Assembly (NCBI GenBank): GCA_964415885.1
Contig: CAYQCE010000005.1
Location: forward strand, 40,141 to 104,140
Reading direction: 5' to 3'
Source of the DNA: an uncultured Ignavibacteria bacterium
GTDB lineage: Bacteria; Zixibacteria; MSB-5A5; JAABVY01; JAHJOQ01
DNA length: 64,000 nucleotides
The position numbers were made by a program, and so were the translations under genes. Shown piece by piece: positions 1-9,806 of the stretch. The notes below the pieces were generated by a model. That model saw nothing but the letters and a program-made list of their open reading frames with translations, was not told the origin of the DNA and made no database searches. The first letter of the stretch is position 1. Every line of letters begins with the position of its first letter.

Positions 1-1029
1 ATTCGGGATCATTTCGCAACCAACGGCATCGCAGATCTGCCATGAATCCATCTCGATCGTCTCAGCAGAAAAATTGTGCAGCTCGATCCACTCGGATTCG
101 AGTGGAGTTTCGGGATCAGGAAGAACTTCATTGATCACGATATGATAGGGCGGCAGCCCGAATGTCAGCGTAACCGTCATGTCATTGTCCGCGGGCTTCT
201 CATCCTCCTCAATCTGTGTGATAATGGTATGCGTTCCCCGATCGAAGATATGGTAAACCACAAGCGTCACAGAATCCTCCGGCTGGATTAGTGGGACTGT
301 ATACTCGAAGAATACCTCGTCATCAGCCAAAACCGAATCGCCATCTGTGTCCTCGCCCATCTCCAGAAGGACCTGTGGGTTGTATTTGACTCCGATGTTT
401 TTGACTGCCAGCTTCGCGACCAGCTCCCTCCGGTTCGAACCGTCGATCTCAAAGCTACCGCTCAACGCAAGGTCAAAATCGGCCGGTGTGACGGAGTTCT
501 TCCTCCCGGGTGTTGCGCCTGTCTCGGCGACAGACTCGATCCATTCGGCATCGTCGTCACTGTCACGGGGATTTCGCCTTTCCAATGAGGTGCCGTCGCT
601 CGGTGACGAGTCCCATCGCACAAAACTAACAGCAGAGCTATCCTCGTCGACAAGCTCGACCGTGTCGCCGCTGTTACGAAGAGCAATGTCGACTTCGAGC
701 AGCAGGTAGTCTTCCGCATCTGAGTCTCCCCAGACTCCGCTGCTGTCTCCGAAACGCTCTTCGAAACGCACTGCGTCTCTTGCGAGAACCGCGTACGCCT
801 CCGCGTCGAGGCTCGTATCGGGCAGCGGGCTGACGCGGTCACCATCGATGACATCGAAAAGCCCGAGTCTCGCTCTGCGGCCCGTTAAGTTGAACAGCTC
901 GATCCATTCAAGTGAGACATCCGAGCCGGGTTCGTTGACCATGACCTCGTTGATCAATACTCGGGCGGTCGCCCAGTGGGATGATACTCCCAATGTCAGT
1001 ATCGAAGCTGTGAGAATAGCTTTCCACAT
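1..1029 (-). CDS. Secreted lamin-tail-domain (LTD) protein, partial (C-terminus beyond window start)
   Basis: My own translation of the minus strand from ATG at 1029..1027 (not in ORF track because it is truncated). Signal-peptide-like N-terminus MWKAILTASILTLGVSS. Two copies of the LTD signature: LINEVMVNEPGSDVSLEWIELFN and IVINEVLPDPETPLESEWIELHN. Start abuts the stop of the upstream gene at 1031. Confidence 0.7.
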   Translation of the reverse strand, partial: MWKAILTASILTLGVSSHWATARVLINEVMVNEPGSDVSLEWIELFNLTGRRARLGLFDVIDGDRVSPLPDTSLDAEAYAVLARDAVRFEERFGDSSGVWGDSDAEDYLLLEVDIALRNSGDTVELVDEDSSAVSFVRWDSSPSDGTSLERRNPRDSDDDAEWIESVAETGATPGRKNSVTPADFDLALSGSFEIDGSNRRELVAKLAVKNIGVKYNPQVLLEMGEDTDGDSVLADDEVFFEYTVPLIQPEDSVTLVVYHIFDRGTHTIITQIEEDEKPADNDMTVTLTFGLPPYHIVINEVLPDPETPLESEWIELHNFSAETIEMDSWQICDAVGCEMIPN

Positions 1030-1030
1030 G

Positions 1031-2590
1031 TCAAATCCGAATCTTCGCCTCCAGTTTGAGCCGCATCCGATCGATCGAATCCTGCTCAGGCCCGAATCTC
1101 GTGCTCAGAAGCACAGAGAGGATAACGCCGGTTGATGGACGAATGGCCTGGGCAGTTGATACATATATGTAGTTATCACGAGACTCCTCCATATCCGGAT
1201 CATAATACCGCACTATGAGGTCGGAACGCAATCTTTCCGAGCCGAATCTCAATCTGCATTCACCGGTCAGATTGCGCTTGTCCGTTCCTCGCCGGTCGTC
1301 CCTCAGCGTATAACATGACACCGCGATAGTGCCATTGCGGGAGATCGGATTTGTGTACGATGCACGCACTTTCGATATGCCACCGGCTCCGCCTGACAGG
1401 CTGTCATCACCAGTGAGATACGCTATTCGGATCTCTCGCCGTGCGCCGAAAGAGTATTTCAACGTTTTCTTCATACGATACTTCTCATACTCTGCGGATC
1501 TCCAGAGATTCGATACGATTCTCAATTCGAGCCTCTTGAGTATCTTCAATTCGGTGCGCAGCCGCAAACCCGTTTCGCCGCTATATCTCGAACGGAAGTT
1601 CAGGCCAACTTCATCCAGATCGATTTCACGTGTATCGGAGTTTGCGCGAGCAGCCATGAACGGGTTATCGTAGTGCGATGAGTATCTCCAGATGGACAAC
1701 TCCTGCCTGCTGGGCGTATTTGTGAAGGTCAGCAGATAGGCCGGATCGCCATCCGGATCGAGAGCGGCGCTCAGATTAAATCTGCTTCGACCAAAACGCA
1801 ATTCCGATTCGAAGCCATATACGGTCGACTCCCAGTCCGCACCGGTAGATCGGTTGCTGATCTCTGTTGCTGCAGCCGAGACACGGAAGATGTGCTCGCC
1901 GGTTGTGTGTTCGACTTGCGCACCCAGCACACTGGATCGATGAGTCTCGTTGCGATCCGCCGATGCCGCGATTGAAGCAGACCACTTGTCACGCACCATA
2001 GAGGCGAACAGCCCGTTATAGCGACTTCGAGTTGGATATAGCGCGCTGCTTCTCGGTCTTTTGTCATCGAGAAATATCGGATGCCTTCCCAGAACCAGGC
2101 CGCTGCAGAACACGGGATCGATGCTTCCCAGTTGCAGAAAGTAGTTGTCAAAGGACCATCCGATCGCGCGATGTCGCGCCAATATCTCGCCGTCGGAGTC
2201 GCGCTCGAGGTCGGCTTCAAAACTCATACCCGACCGAAGGTCCATATCGGTGTCGTAGAGCTGGCGGTACGGCTTGTCCTCTCTCGCCCTGTGGTACATC
2301 CGGTAGTCGAAATCTATCGACTCGAAGATCGCTGGTGAGCGCAGATCGGCCATTCTCATATCCGGTGATTGGTTCAAAGTATCCGAGGCAATGTCGAGCG
2401 AATCAACGAAGAATTCGAGGAGACGATCATATTCATCGCCGTCGATCTGACGTGTTTCGAAGAGCCATTCGAGTTTCTCGAGGTTCTCGATGTCGAATGT
2501 CAAAAGGGACTGCGCCCTGCTTACGGCAGCAATCAAGACAAGCAGTAATGTTGCGAGTGCAAGCCCTTTTGCGATCGCAGACGATCCCAT
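1031..2590 (-). CDS. Secreted/outer-membrane protein, hypothetical (signal peptide)
   Basis: 519 aa ORF; N-terminal signal peptide MGSSAIAKGLALATLLLVLIAAVSRAQS; alternating-polarity composition consistent with a beta-rich OM protein. Translationally coupled to the downstream LTD gene; no recognisable family. Confidence 0.45.
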   Translation of the reverse strand: MGSSAIAKGLALATLLLVLIAAVSRAQSLLTFDIENLEKLEWLFETRQIDGDEYDRLLEFFVDSLDIASDTLNQSPDMRMADLRSPAIFESIDFDYRMYHRAREDKPYRQLYDTDMDLRSGMSFEADLERDSDGEILARHRAIGWSFDNYFLQLGSIDPVFCSGLVLGRHPIFLDDKRPRSSALYPTRSRYNGLFASMVRDKWSASIAASADRNETHRSSVLGAQVEHTTGEHIFRVSAAATEISNRSTGADWESTVYGFESELRFGRSRFNLSAALDPDGDPAYLLTFTNTPSRQELSIWRYSSHYDNPFMAARANSDTREIDLDEVGLNFRSRYSGETGLRLRTELKILKRLELRIVSNLWRSAEYEKYRMKKTLKYSFGARREIRIAYLTGDDSLSGGAGGISKVRASYTNPISRNGTIAVSCYTLRDDRRGTDKRNLTGECRLRFGSERLRSDLIVRYYDPDMEESRDNYIYVSTAQAIRPSTGVILSVLLSTRFGPEQDSIDRMRLKLEAKIRI

Positions 2591-2605
2591 TTGTGCGTTC
2601 CGAAA

Positions 2606-4102
2606 CTACTTTATGCTATATTGCTTTAACTTCCTGTATAGTGTCCTCTGTCCGATTCCGAGCATTTCGGCAGCCTTCCGCCGGTTGCCGTGAACCTTGG
2701 CGAGTGCCTGCTTTATCAGCAGACGTTCCATATCCGAGATAGTCGTGGTTTCGGCATCCGCCGGCGACATGCCTTCCTTGCCGATCTCCATCGACGGGTC
2801 AAGATCTGATTGTGCATTCCCGCCTATTATGTCCTCCTGGCTTGCCGCCTCAACCTGTTCGAGGATGATCTCCTTTAGGCCTGCAACCTCCTGAGCGAGC
2901 TTTAACAGTGCCTGATAGATGAGCTGTGAGTCTATTGAGTCGCGCAATCTTCCCGAGGCTACCGGAAGCTGACGACTGGTTCGGGACTGACGGTTGATAA
3001 AGTCGCTCACGTCGTCAGGGGTGATCTTGCCTCCGGTCGCTGTTGCGAGTGTGGCGTCGACAAAATTACGCAACTCACGGATATTACCGGGCCAGCTGTA
3101 CCTTAGAAGCATATCCGTCGCTCCCGGCTCGATCTCGATATCTTTCCCGGATCGCTGCTCGATGAAGTGCATGAAAATTGGCATGATATCTACGGGACGG
3201 TCCCGGAGGGGTGTGGCGTTTAAGCTGACCACCGATATTCGATAGAAGAGATCCTCACGGAACTCGCCTTCATCGGTCATCGATTTCAGATCCCGATTGG
3301 AGGCGGCGATCACTCGGACATCCACCGATATCTGTTCGCGGCCGCCTACGCGCATGAATGATCGTTGTTCGATAACTCGGAGCAGCCTTACCTGAACTTC
3401 GGGCTTGATCTCGCCGATCTCATCGAGGAAAATCGTGCCGCCGTTTGCCTGCTCGAAGAAGCCTTCTCGACGCGCTGCAGCTCCCGTGTAGGCCCCTTTC
3501 TCATGGCCGAACAGCTCACTTTCGAGCACACCCTCGGCTATGGCGCCGCAGTTGACCGGCACAAAGGGATTGGCCGCTCGGGAACTCAGGTTATGGACTG
3601 CCCGCGCGTACAGCTCTTTTCCCGTCCCGCTCTCACCGCCGATCAACACCGTGACATCCGATCTGGAAACCTGAGAGATCGTCCTCGCCGCCTGAAGAAG
3701 GGCCGGGGAGTGACCGTAGATATGCTCGCCCCTGAGCATGTCGATAAGCCGCTCGTTCTCTTTGATCTCTTCGTAGATAAGCTCTGCGCCGGAACCCTTG
3801 TCGAATATCCCGGTGAGGAATTTCCGTATGCTGTCGTTAAACCTGCCGTTCGCGGGAGAGTTAAAGACATAGACTTTGGAATCGAAATGCTGGCGAGTGA
3901 CCGTTCGCAGAAGTGGCACTATGTCTCCCGCGCAGCACTCGAGATCGAGTAGTATAAGACAGGGAGGCAGTTGACCCAGCGCCCCGATCAGTTCGGATGA
4001 GGCTATCGCCCTCAAGACAGTGACATCATCTTCGACCGCGAGAATCTCGAACTCGTCGGCAAAGGAGTCATCCTCTGTCAGGATGATGATTGACTCGGTC
4101 AT
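2606..4102 (-). CDS. Sigma-54-dependent Fis-family response regulator (NtrC-like)
   Basis: Sigma-54 interaction AAA+ motifs GESGTGKELYARAVH and ESELFGHEKGAYTGA; C-terminal Fis-type HTH AAEMLGIGQRTLYRKLKQY; N-terminal receiver-like domain (LILLDLE). Start overlaps the rnr stop (ATGA). Confidence 0.9.
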   Translation of the reverse strand: MTESIIILTEDDSFADEFEILAVEDDVTVLRAIASSELIGALGQLPPCLILLDLECCAGDIVPLLRTVTRQHFDSKVYVFNSPANGRFNDSIRKFLTGIFDKGSGAELIYEEIKENERLIDMLRGEHIYGHSPALLQAARTISQVSRSDVTVLIGGESGTGKELYARAVHNLSSRAANPFVPVNCGAIAEGVLESELFGHEKGAYTGAAARREGFFEQANGGTIFLDEIGEIKPEVQVRLLRVIEQRSFMRVGGREQISVDVRVIAASNRDLKSMTDEGEFREDLFYRISVVSLNATPLRDRPVDIMPIFMHFIEQRSGKDIEIEPGATDMLLRYSWPGNIRELRNFVDATLATATGGKITPDDVSDFINRQSRTSRQLPVASGRLRDSIDSQLIYQALLKLAQEVAGLKEIILEQVEAASQEDIIGGNAQSDLDPSMEIGKEGMSPADAETTTISDMERLLIKQALAKVHGNRRKAAEMLGIGQRTLYRKLKQYSIK

Positions 4103-6261
4103 CTCCTACGGCGTCTCTTACCCGATTTTTTCTGCTTCTTCCGTTTGGGTTTCTCTTCAACCAGTCTGAGATTGGTCTGATATCGATCCAGGTCCACGTT
4201 GATCACCTGCACGTGGATCTTGTCGCCGAGGGAATACGTGTTGGAGCTGTGCACCCCGAATACCTTTGTGCGGTTGTCGTCGATCTTGTAGTAGTCATCG
4301 CTCAATGTCGAAAGACGGACCACACCTTCAGCGGAGAGCTTCGACAGGCGGACGAAGAACCCGAACGACGCGATACCCGAGATCACGCCCTCGAAGACAT
4401 CGCCGACATGACGCGACAGGTATACCGCCTGCTTGATCTTGACTGTCTCACGTTCCGCCTCTTCTGCCAGCTTTTCTTTCTGGGAAGAATGTTCACCGAC
4501 ACTCTTGAGAAGCCGCTTGATATTAAGCGTGCGTTTGCCGGGATATCGTCCGTTTTTGATCTCTTTGAGAAGACGATGAACGAACAGGTCGGGGTATCTC
4601 CGGATCGGAGATGTGAAGTGCAGGTAGTTTTTGAATGCCAGGCCGAAGTGGCCGATGTTCTCCGGCTGATAAACGGCCTTTTTTAACGACCGCAGTAGAA
4701 ATTCACTCAGGACGTCCTCCTCCGGGGTCCCCTCGATCCGTTTAAGAAATCGTGAGAGTTGCAACGGTTTTGGCGGATCGGTGAACTTCAGATCATGTCC
4801 GAATCCTTTGGCAAACTCGCGGTAGTTCTTTAGCTTTTCAGTATCAGGGACATCGTGCACTCGGTACAGCGTTGGCAGCCCGAGACGGATGAAATGCTCT
4901 GCCACGGTCTGGTTGGCGAGGAGCATGAAATCCTCTACGAGCTTGTGCGCCTTCCTGCGGGCTCGAGGCTGCAAATCGACCACATCGCCCGACTTATCGA
5001 GTATAACTCGCGGCTCCGGGAGATCGAAATCGAGGCTGCCTTTGGCGAGTCTCTTCTCGCGCAAAATCGCGGCGAGTTGCCGCATTTTGTCGAGGGAATC
5101 AGTCAGCCCTTTCAGTTGCTTCGTTGGCTTACCCGTGTCGAAATATGCCTGGACTTCGTCATAGGAGAGCCTGCCTTTGGAGTGAATCACCGATGGCTCG
5201 ATCCGATATTTGGTCACTCGTCCGCTCTTGCTGATGTCCATGATGCATGAGAACGCGAGCCGGTCCTCATGCCCTTTCAGGCTGCATATCTCGTTCGAGA
5301 GAGCTTCGGGCAGCATCGGTAATACACGATCGACGAGATAGACCGATGTGGCTCGCTCTCGAGCTTCGATATCGATGATCGAACCCTCTTTGACATAGTG
5401 GGAGACATCTGCGATGTGCACCCCCAGTGTCCATCTGCCACCGTCGTGCTCCTGAATCGAGACCGCATCGTCGTAATCCTTGGCATCCGCGGGGTCGATA
5501 GTGAAGAGGATTTCGTCCCGGAGGTCAAGCCTTCCGGCAATAGTCTTCTCCGTGATATCGAGACTGAGATCACGCGCAGCGGCCTCCACTTTCTCCGGAA
5601 ACTCTGTCGGCAGACCGAAATCGTAGATGGCGGACATAATATCCACACCCGGCTCTTCCGGATGTCCGAGAACTTCGACAATCTCCCCCTCGGGGTTCAT
5701 CATCGGGTTCTTCCAGCCAGAGAGTGCCACGACTACTTTTTCACCTACTTCCGGCCTGATCTCTTTTGGTCGCTGAACATATATATCGCGCCCGATTGCA
5801 GTGTCATCGGGACGGACCGTTTCGAAATGTCTGCTCCGCTGGAATGTGCCGACTATGACATTGCGGTTCCGTTTTAGCACTTTAACTACCGCACCTTCGG
5901 GGCTCTTTCCACGACTGGATGGCTTGACACGGACTACTACGATGTCGCGGTCGAGAGCAGTGGAGGTGTCCTCCGGAGGGACATAGATCTCCTCGGAGCC
6001 ATCGTCCGGCTTAACAAATGCCGCCCCGCTCTTGATCGATTTGAATGATCCTGTCTTCAGACTCAACTTGTCCGGCTGGCCGAAACGGCCGCCCTTGATA
6101 CGGGCGATGGTGCCATCGTTGACGAGTTGTTTAACGAGCCTGCGGAAAGAGCGGTATTCTATTTCCGGGACATTCAGCCCCCGCGCGAGTTCGCGAACGC
6201 GGACGGGGCGATAGCTCTTTGCGGAGATATACTCGACAATTTCGTCTCGTGTTACTGGCAT
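4099..6261 (-). CDS. rnr: Ribonuclease R (RNB-family 3'-5' exoribonuclease)
   Basis: 720 aa; N-terminal HTH/cold-shock-like region, central RNB domain, C-terminal S1 domain (GDVFEGVISGIASFGFFVRL) and lysine/arginine-rich tail KPKRKKQKKSGKRRRRR typical of RNase R. Confidence 0.9.
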   Translation of the reverse strand: MPVTRDEIVEYISAKSYRPVRVRELARGLNVPEIEYRSFRRLVKQLVNDGTIARIKGGRFGQPDKLSLKTGSFKSIKSGAAFVKPDDGSEEIYVPPEDTSTALDRDIVVVRVKPSSRGKSPEGAVVKVLKRNRNVIVGTFQRSRHFETVRPDDTAIGRDIYVQRPKEIRPEVGEKVVVALSGWKNPMMNPEGEIVEVLGHPEEPGVDIMSAIYDFGLPTEFPEKVEAAARDLSLDITEKTIAGRLDLRDEILFTIDPADAKDYDDAVSIQEHDGGRWTLGVHIADVSHYVKEGSIIDIEARERATSVYLVDRVLPMLPEALSNEICSLKGHEDRLAFSCIMDISKSGRVTKYRIEPSVIHSKGRLSYDEVQAYFDTGKPTKQLKGLTDSLDKMRQLAAILREKRLAKGSLDFDLPEPRVILDKSGDVVDLQPRARRKAHKLVEDFMLLANQTVAEHFIRLGLPTLYRVHDVPDTEKLKNYREFAKGFGHDLKFTDPPKPLQLSRFLKRIEGTPEEDVLSEFLLRSLKKAVYQPENIGHFGLAFKNYLHFTSPIRRYPDLFVHRLLKEIKNGRYPGKRTLNIKRLLKSVGEHSSQKEKLAEEAERETVKIKQAVYLSRHVGDVFEGVISGIASFGFFVRLSKLSAEGVVRLSTLSDDYYKIDDNRTKVFGVHSSNTYSLGDKIHVQVINVDLDRYQTNLRLVEEKPKRKKQKKSGKRRRRR

Positions 6262-6344
6262 GCACGTAAGTAACTAATATGTATCGGGATATGTCAAGTG
6301 AAAATCAAAAATCGGGAATGCTGATGCCAAATTGGCAGGGTTGG

Positions 6345-7379
6345 CTACTCTCCGCGGCTCTTAATGAGGACTTTCGAATACTGGCTCAGATTCTGAAGCA
6401 CTGTACCGCAACCGCGCACCACGCATGTCAGCGGATCTTCAGCAGCGTTCACCGGCAGGTTTGTCTCGTGGCGGAGGCGTTTGTCGAGATTACGAAGTAG
6501 CGCGCCACCACCTGTGAGCACAATTCCTCGATCGAGGATATCGGATGCGAGCTCGGGCGGCGTTCGCTCAAGAGAAAGCTTAACCGCCTCGACGATATTG
6601 TCGATCGGCTCCGCGAGCGCCTCACGCACCTGCGCGGACGAGATCTTCATGTTCTTCGGTACTCCGGCGACGAGATCACGCCCCTTGATCTCCATCGAAT
6701 CCTCACGTTCCTGCGGGAAGGCGTTGCCGATCTTTATCTTTATCTGTTCGGCCGTGAGTTCGCCGATCAGGAGATTGTAGTTCTTCTTCAGATAGTTGAC
6801 GATCGCCTCGTTCATCTCGTCGCCCGCGATACGGATCGACGTGTTATTGACGATGCCGTTAAGGGCTATCACGGCGATCTCCGATGTTCCGCCGCCGATG
6901 TCGATCACCATGATACCAGAGGGCTGATCTACGGGCAGGCCGACGCCGATCGCAGCGGCCATCGGCTCCTGAATCAGGAATACCTCTCGCGCGCCTGCGT
7001 TCTCGGCAGAGTCGCGGACCGCGCGTTTCTCCACCTCAGTGATTCCGGACGGCACAGAGATCACGATTCGAGGCTTGAGAAGAAACCTGTGTCGAACCAC
7101 CTTCTTGATGAAGGATGAAAGCATCTTCTCGGTTATCTCGAAATCGGCGATGACACCGTCTTTGAGGGGCCGGATAGCCTTGATTTCACCCGGCGTTCGG
7201 CCGAGCATATACTTCGCCTCTTTGCCGATTGCCACTACCTTGCCGGACGAAATCTCGACCGCCACTACCGATGGCTCGTTAAGGACTATCCCCTTTGGGT
7301 GACCGCGGACAAAAACGAGTGTATTTGCGGTTCCGAGATCAATTCCAATGTCGTTCGAGAAGAGGTTTAAGATCGACAT
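6345..7379 (-). CDS. mreB: Rod shape-determining actin homolog MreB
   Basis: 344 aa; N-terminus [18 protein letters not shown] and actin-fold phosphate/adenosine motifs ([22 protein letters not shown]) typical of MreB. Confidence 0.95.
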   Translation of the reverse strand: MSILNLFSNDIGIDLGTANTLVFVRGHPKGIVLNEPSVVAVEISSGKVVAIGKEAKYMLGRTPGEIKAIRPLKDGVIADFEITEKMLSSFIKKVVRHRFLLKPRIVISVPSGITEVEKRAVRDSAENAGAREVFLIQEPMAAAIGVGLPVDQPSGIMVIDIGGGTSEIAVIALNGIVNNTSIRIAGDEMNEAIVNYLKKNYNLLIGELTAEQIKIKIGNAFPQEREDSMEIKGRDLVAGVPKNMKISSAQVREALAEPIDNIVEAVKLSLERTPPELASDILDRGIVLTGGGALLRNLDKRLRHETNLPVNAAEDPLTCVVRGCGTVLQNLSQYSKVLIKSRGE

Positions 7380-7453
7380 ACACGTTCGCTTTCCCTTGCT
7401 TGCAGTCGATGATATCCGTGTACAACGTCCAATTCAACAAAAATTTGCCTGGA

Positions 7454-8374
7454 TCAGCCAAAATAAAGGTACCGCTTCCACAGATTAACGAAATCGCTCC
7501 AGTCCTCGCTCCGTTTCTTGTCGTAATTATCGAACACATTCAGGCCGCTGTCGATCTTGTCGATCTGATGCAGGACCCATGCCTCCCTGATCTGAGGAAG
7601 TACCGGTGAACCGAACTCGAGTTCTCCGTGGTGCGAGGCGATGAGGTGTCTGAGTTTCAGCTCATAGCTTTCCGGGAAGTCGGGGATCCTGGCGACAAGC
7701 TCTCTGACAATCTGATCGCCCAGCGTTATGTGCCCCACGAGCCGACCCTCGTCGGTATAATCGAGTCTTACTCCCCTCTCAAGTTCACGAACTTTGCCTA
7801 TGTCGTGGAAGAGCGCCCCGCAGATCAGCATATCCCTATTCAGTTTGGGGTAATGCTTGCAGACCAGATCGCCGAGGGTCGCCATCGAGATCGAATGTTC
7901 GGCCAGTCCGCCGATGTAGTCGTGGTGAAACCGTTTACCGGCCGGAGAATTGATATAGCTCTCGAACAGATCGACGTCGGCTCTGAAGAGTCGCAGGAGT
8001 TCGAGAAGGAACTCGTCTTCGACAGTCGCGGCGATCGAATCGAAATCATCCCGGAGTCGATCGGTTCCGCCCTCGACAACCGGGAGCAGGTCGGCAAGCT
8101 GGTACTCGTCGTCCTTTGCCGGCCTGATTCTCATCACTCGCAGTTGCGGCCTGTTGCGGTAAGTCCCGATCTGTCCCCGTACCTTGACCACGTCCGCGCC
8201 GCTGATCTCTGCGAGAGCATTTCCGGCCTCTTCCCACAGGACGGCATCGATTTGCCCGGATGCATCCTGCAGGGTCACCTTCAGCATTTCACCGCCGTCG
8301 TATTGCTTCAATTCGTGACCGGCGAGCACGAAGAAGTCGGTTACTGTATCCCCCAGAACGAAATCTTTGATCAT
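7454..8374 (-). CDS. YhaM-like 3'-5' exoribonuclease (OB-fold + HD domain)
   Basis: N-terminal OB-fold region (MIKDFVLGDTVTDFFVLAG...LKVTLQDASGQIDAVLWEE) followed by an HD phosphohydrolase domain (HHDYIGGLAEHSISM...GALFHDIGK). Start set at the internal ATG 8374 (MIKDF), preceded by GGAGG at 6-nt spacing. Confidence 0.7.
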   Translation of the reverse strand: MIKDFVLGDTVTDFFVLAGHELKQYDGGEMLKVTLQDASGQIDAVLWEEAGNALAEISGADVVKVRGQIGTYRNRPQLRVMRIRPAKDDEYQLADLLPVVEGGTDRLRDDFDSIAATVEDEFLLELLRLFRADVDLFESYINSPAGKRFHHDYIGGLAEHSISMATLGDLVCKHYPKLNRDMLICGALFHDIGKVRELERGVRLDYTDEGRLVGHITLGDQIVRELVARIPDFPESYELKLRHLIASHHGELEFGSPVLPQIREAWVLHQIDKIDSGLNVFDNYDKKRSEDWSDFVNLWKRYLYFG

Positions 8375-8467
8375 GTTTGGCCTCCGGGGGTACAAGGTAA
8401 TGCCGGTACAATTCGGTGGCAAGGAAAATGCTTGTCTAAGCTTTTGAACTTATTTAGCTTGGCCGAA

Positions 8468-9802
8468 ATGCGGATACTGAGCCGTTACATCCTAAAAGAA
8501 CACCTCGGACCATTTCTCTTCGCGTTCTTCGTCGTAACATTCGTCCTGATTCTAGACTTCGTACCGAGTGTTATCGATATGGCGATTGGCAAGAACCTCG
8601 ACTTCCTGACGATCCTCTGGGTCTTCATTCTCAATCTCGCCTGGATGCTCGCGCTCTCGATACCGATGTCGACTCTCGTTGCGACGCTGATGGCTTTCGG
8701 GCGGATGACCTCTGATATGGAGGTTCTCGCGATCAAGAGCTCGGGAATACACCTGATGCAGATTCTGAGGCCGGTGCTGATATCCAGCGTGCTCCTCGCC
8801 TCTTTTCTGGTCTGGTTCAACAATGAGGTATTGCCCGATGCCAACCATAAGGCGCGTATCCTGATGAGCGACATAAGGGTCATGCGGCCTACGCTGTCGA
8901 TCCGGAGCAACGTGTTTCTGAGCGATATTCCGGGCTATGTGATCCTCATCAGCGATATCGATCATACTACTTCGCGTATCAAGGATGTGACCATATTCGA
9001 CCAGAAGGATCCGCAGAACCCGAGGCTGATCCTCGCTGAAGGCGGCAAACTCGAATATCTCGAAAACGGCAATGTGCTGAGCTTCCAGCTCGAAGAAGGC
9101 GAGACTCACGAGCCGGTCAAGGGCGAGGGCAACAAGTGGCAGTGGGTTCAGTTCGAGAAACAGACGGTGAATATACGGGATGTGGACCGATCACTGCAGA
9201 GAACCTCATCGGAATACCGCGGCGACCGCGAGCTGTCGTCCGAAGCCATGCTGGAGGAGACTCGCAAATGGCAGGAGAACATCGACCGAACACAGCGGGC
9301 GGTGTCGAGGCGAATAGAGACCGAGGTGAGGCGCCTGCTCTACGGTGAAACTCGAGACAAGCCGGCCGAAGAAGAAATGTTCTATCGGAAAGCCATCAAT
9401 CTCGCATATCAACAGGCCAGCCAGATGTCACGATTCCTCGATCAGTCGATCAAGTCTCGAGATAGAACGGAAAAGATGAAGAACACATATCTTCTCGAGG
9501 TTCACAAGAAGTACTCTTTGCCCGCCGCGTGTATCGTGTTCATCCTCATAGGAGCACCGCTCGGCATTCTCGCTCGGAAGGGCGGGATGTCGGTCTCCAT
9601 CGGAATATCTATCGGGTTGTTCATAATCTACTGGGCGTTCTTGATAGGTGGAGAGGAACTCTCTGACAGGGGGTTCATTTCCCCTGTAGTTGCAATGTGG
9701 TCGGCTAATGTTCTGATTGCGGCCGTCGGCCTGGTCCTGCTATATAAGGTGATGGCAGAGAAACGGCTCCTCGAGGTCGTGGGGTTGACAGGGAGAAAGT
9801 GA
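8468..9802 (+). CDS. LptF/LptG-family LPS export permease (YjgP/YjgQ)
   Basis: Starts MRILSRYILKEHLGPFLFAFFVVTFVLIL, the classic LptF/G N-terminus; six-TM permease with a large periplasmic loop. The ORF-track ORF 7628..9802 is a 5' over-extension overlapping the yhaM-like gene on the other strand. Confidence 0.85.
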   Translation: MRILSRYILKEHLGPFLFAFFVVTFVLILDFVPSVIDMAIGKNLDFLTILWVFILNLAWMLALSIPMSTLVATLMAFGRMTSDMEVLAIKSSGIHLMQILRPVLISSVLLASFLVWFNNEVLPDANHKARILMSDIRVMRPTLSIRSNVFLSDIPGYVILISDIDHTTSRIKDVTIFDQKDPQNPRLILAEGGKLEYLENGNVLSFQLEEGETHEPVKGEGNKWQWVQFEKQTVNIRDVDRSLQRTSSEYRGDRELSSEAMLEETRKWQENIDRTQRAVSRRIETEVRRLLYGETRDKPAEEEMFYRKAINLAYQQASQMSRFLDQSIKSRDRTEKMKNTYLLEVHKKYSLPAACIVFILIGAPLGILARKGGMSVSIGISIGLFIIYWAFLIGGEELSDRGFISPVVAMWSANVLIAAVGLVLLYKVMAEKRLLEVVGLTGRK

Positions 9803-9806
9803 ATCG

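Noticed and set aside
400-440. tRNA T-loop-like GGTTCGAACC
   Set aside because: Sits inside the LTD coding sequence with no acceptor or anticodon stem context. No convincing tRNA or rRNA genes were found in the window.
7628-8467. 5' part of the 724-aa plus-strand ORF 7628..9802
   Set aside because: It runs antisense through the well-supported yhaM-like gene and shows no membrane or LptF features. The LptF homology begins at the Met at 8468, so only 8468..9802 is coding.
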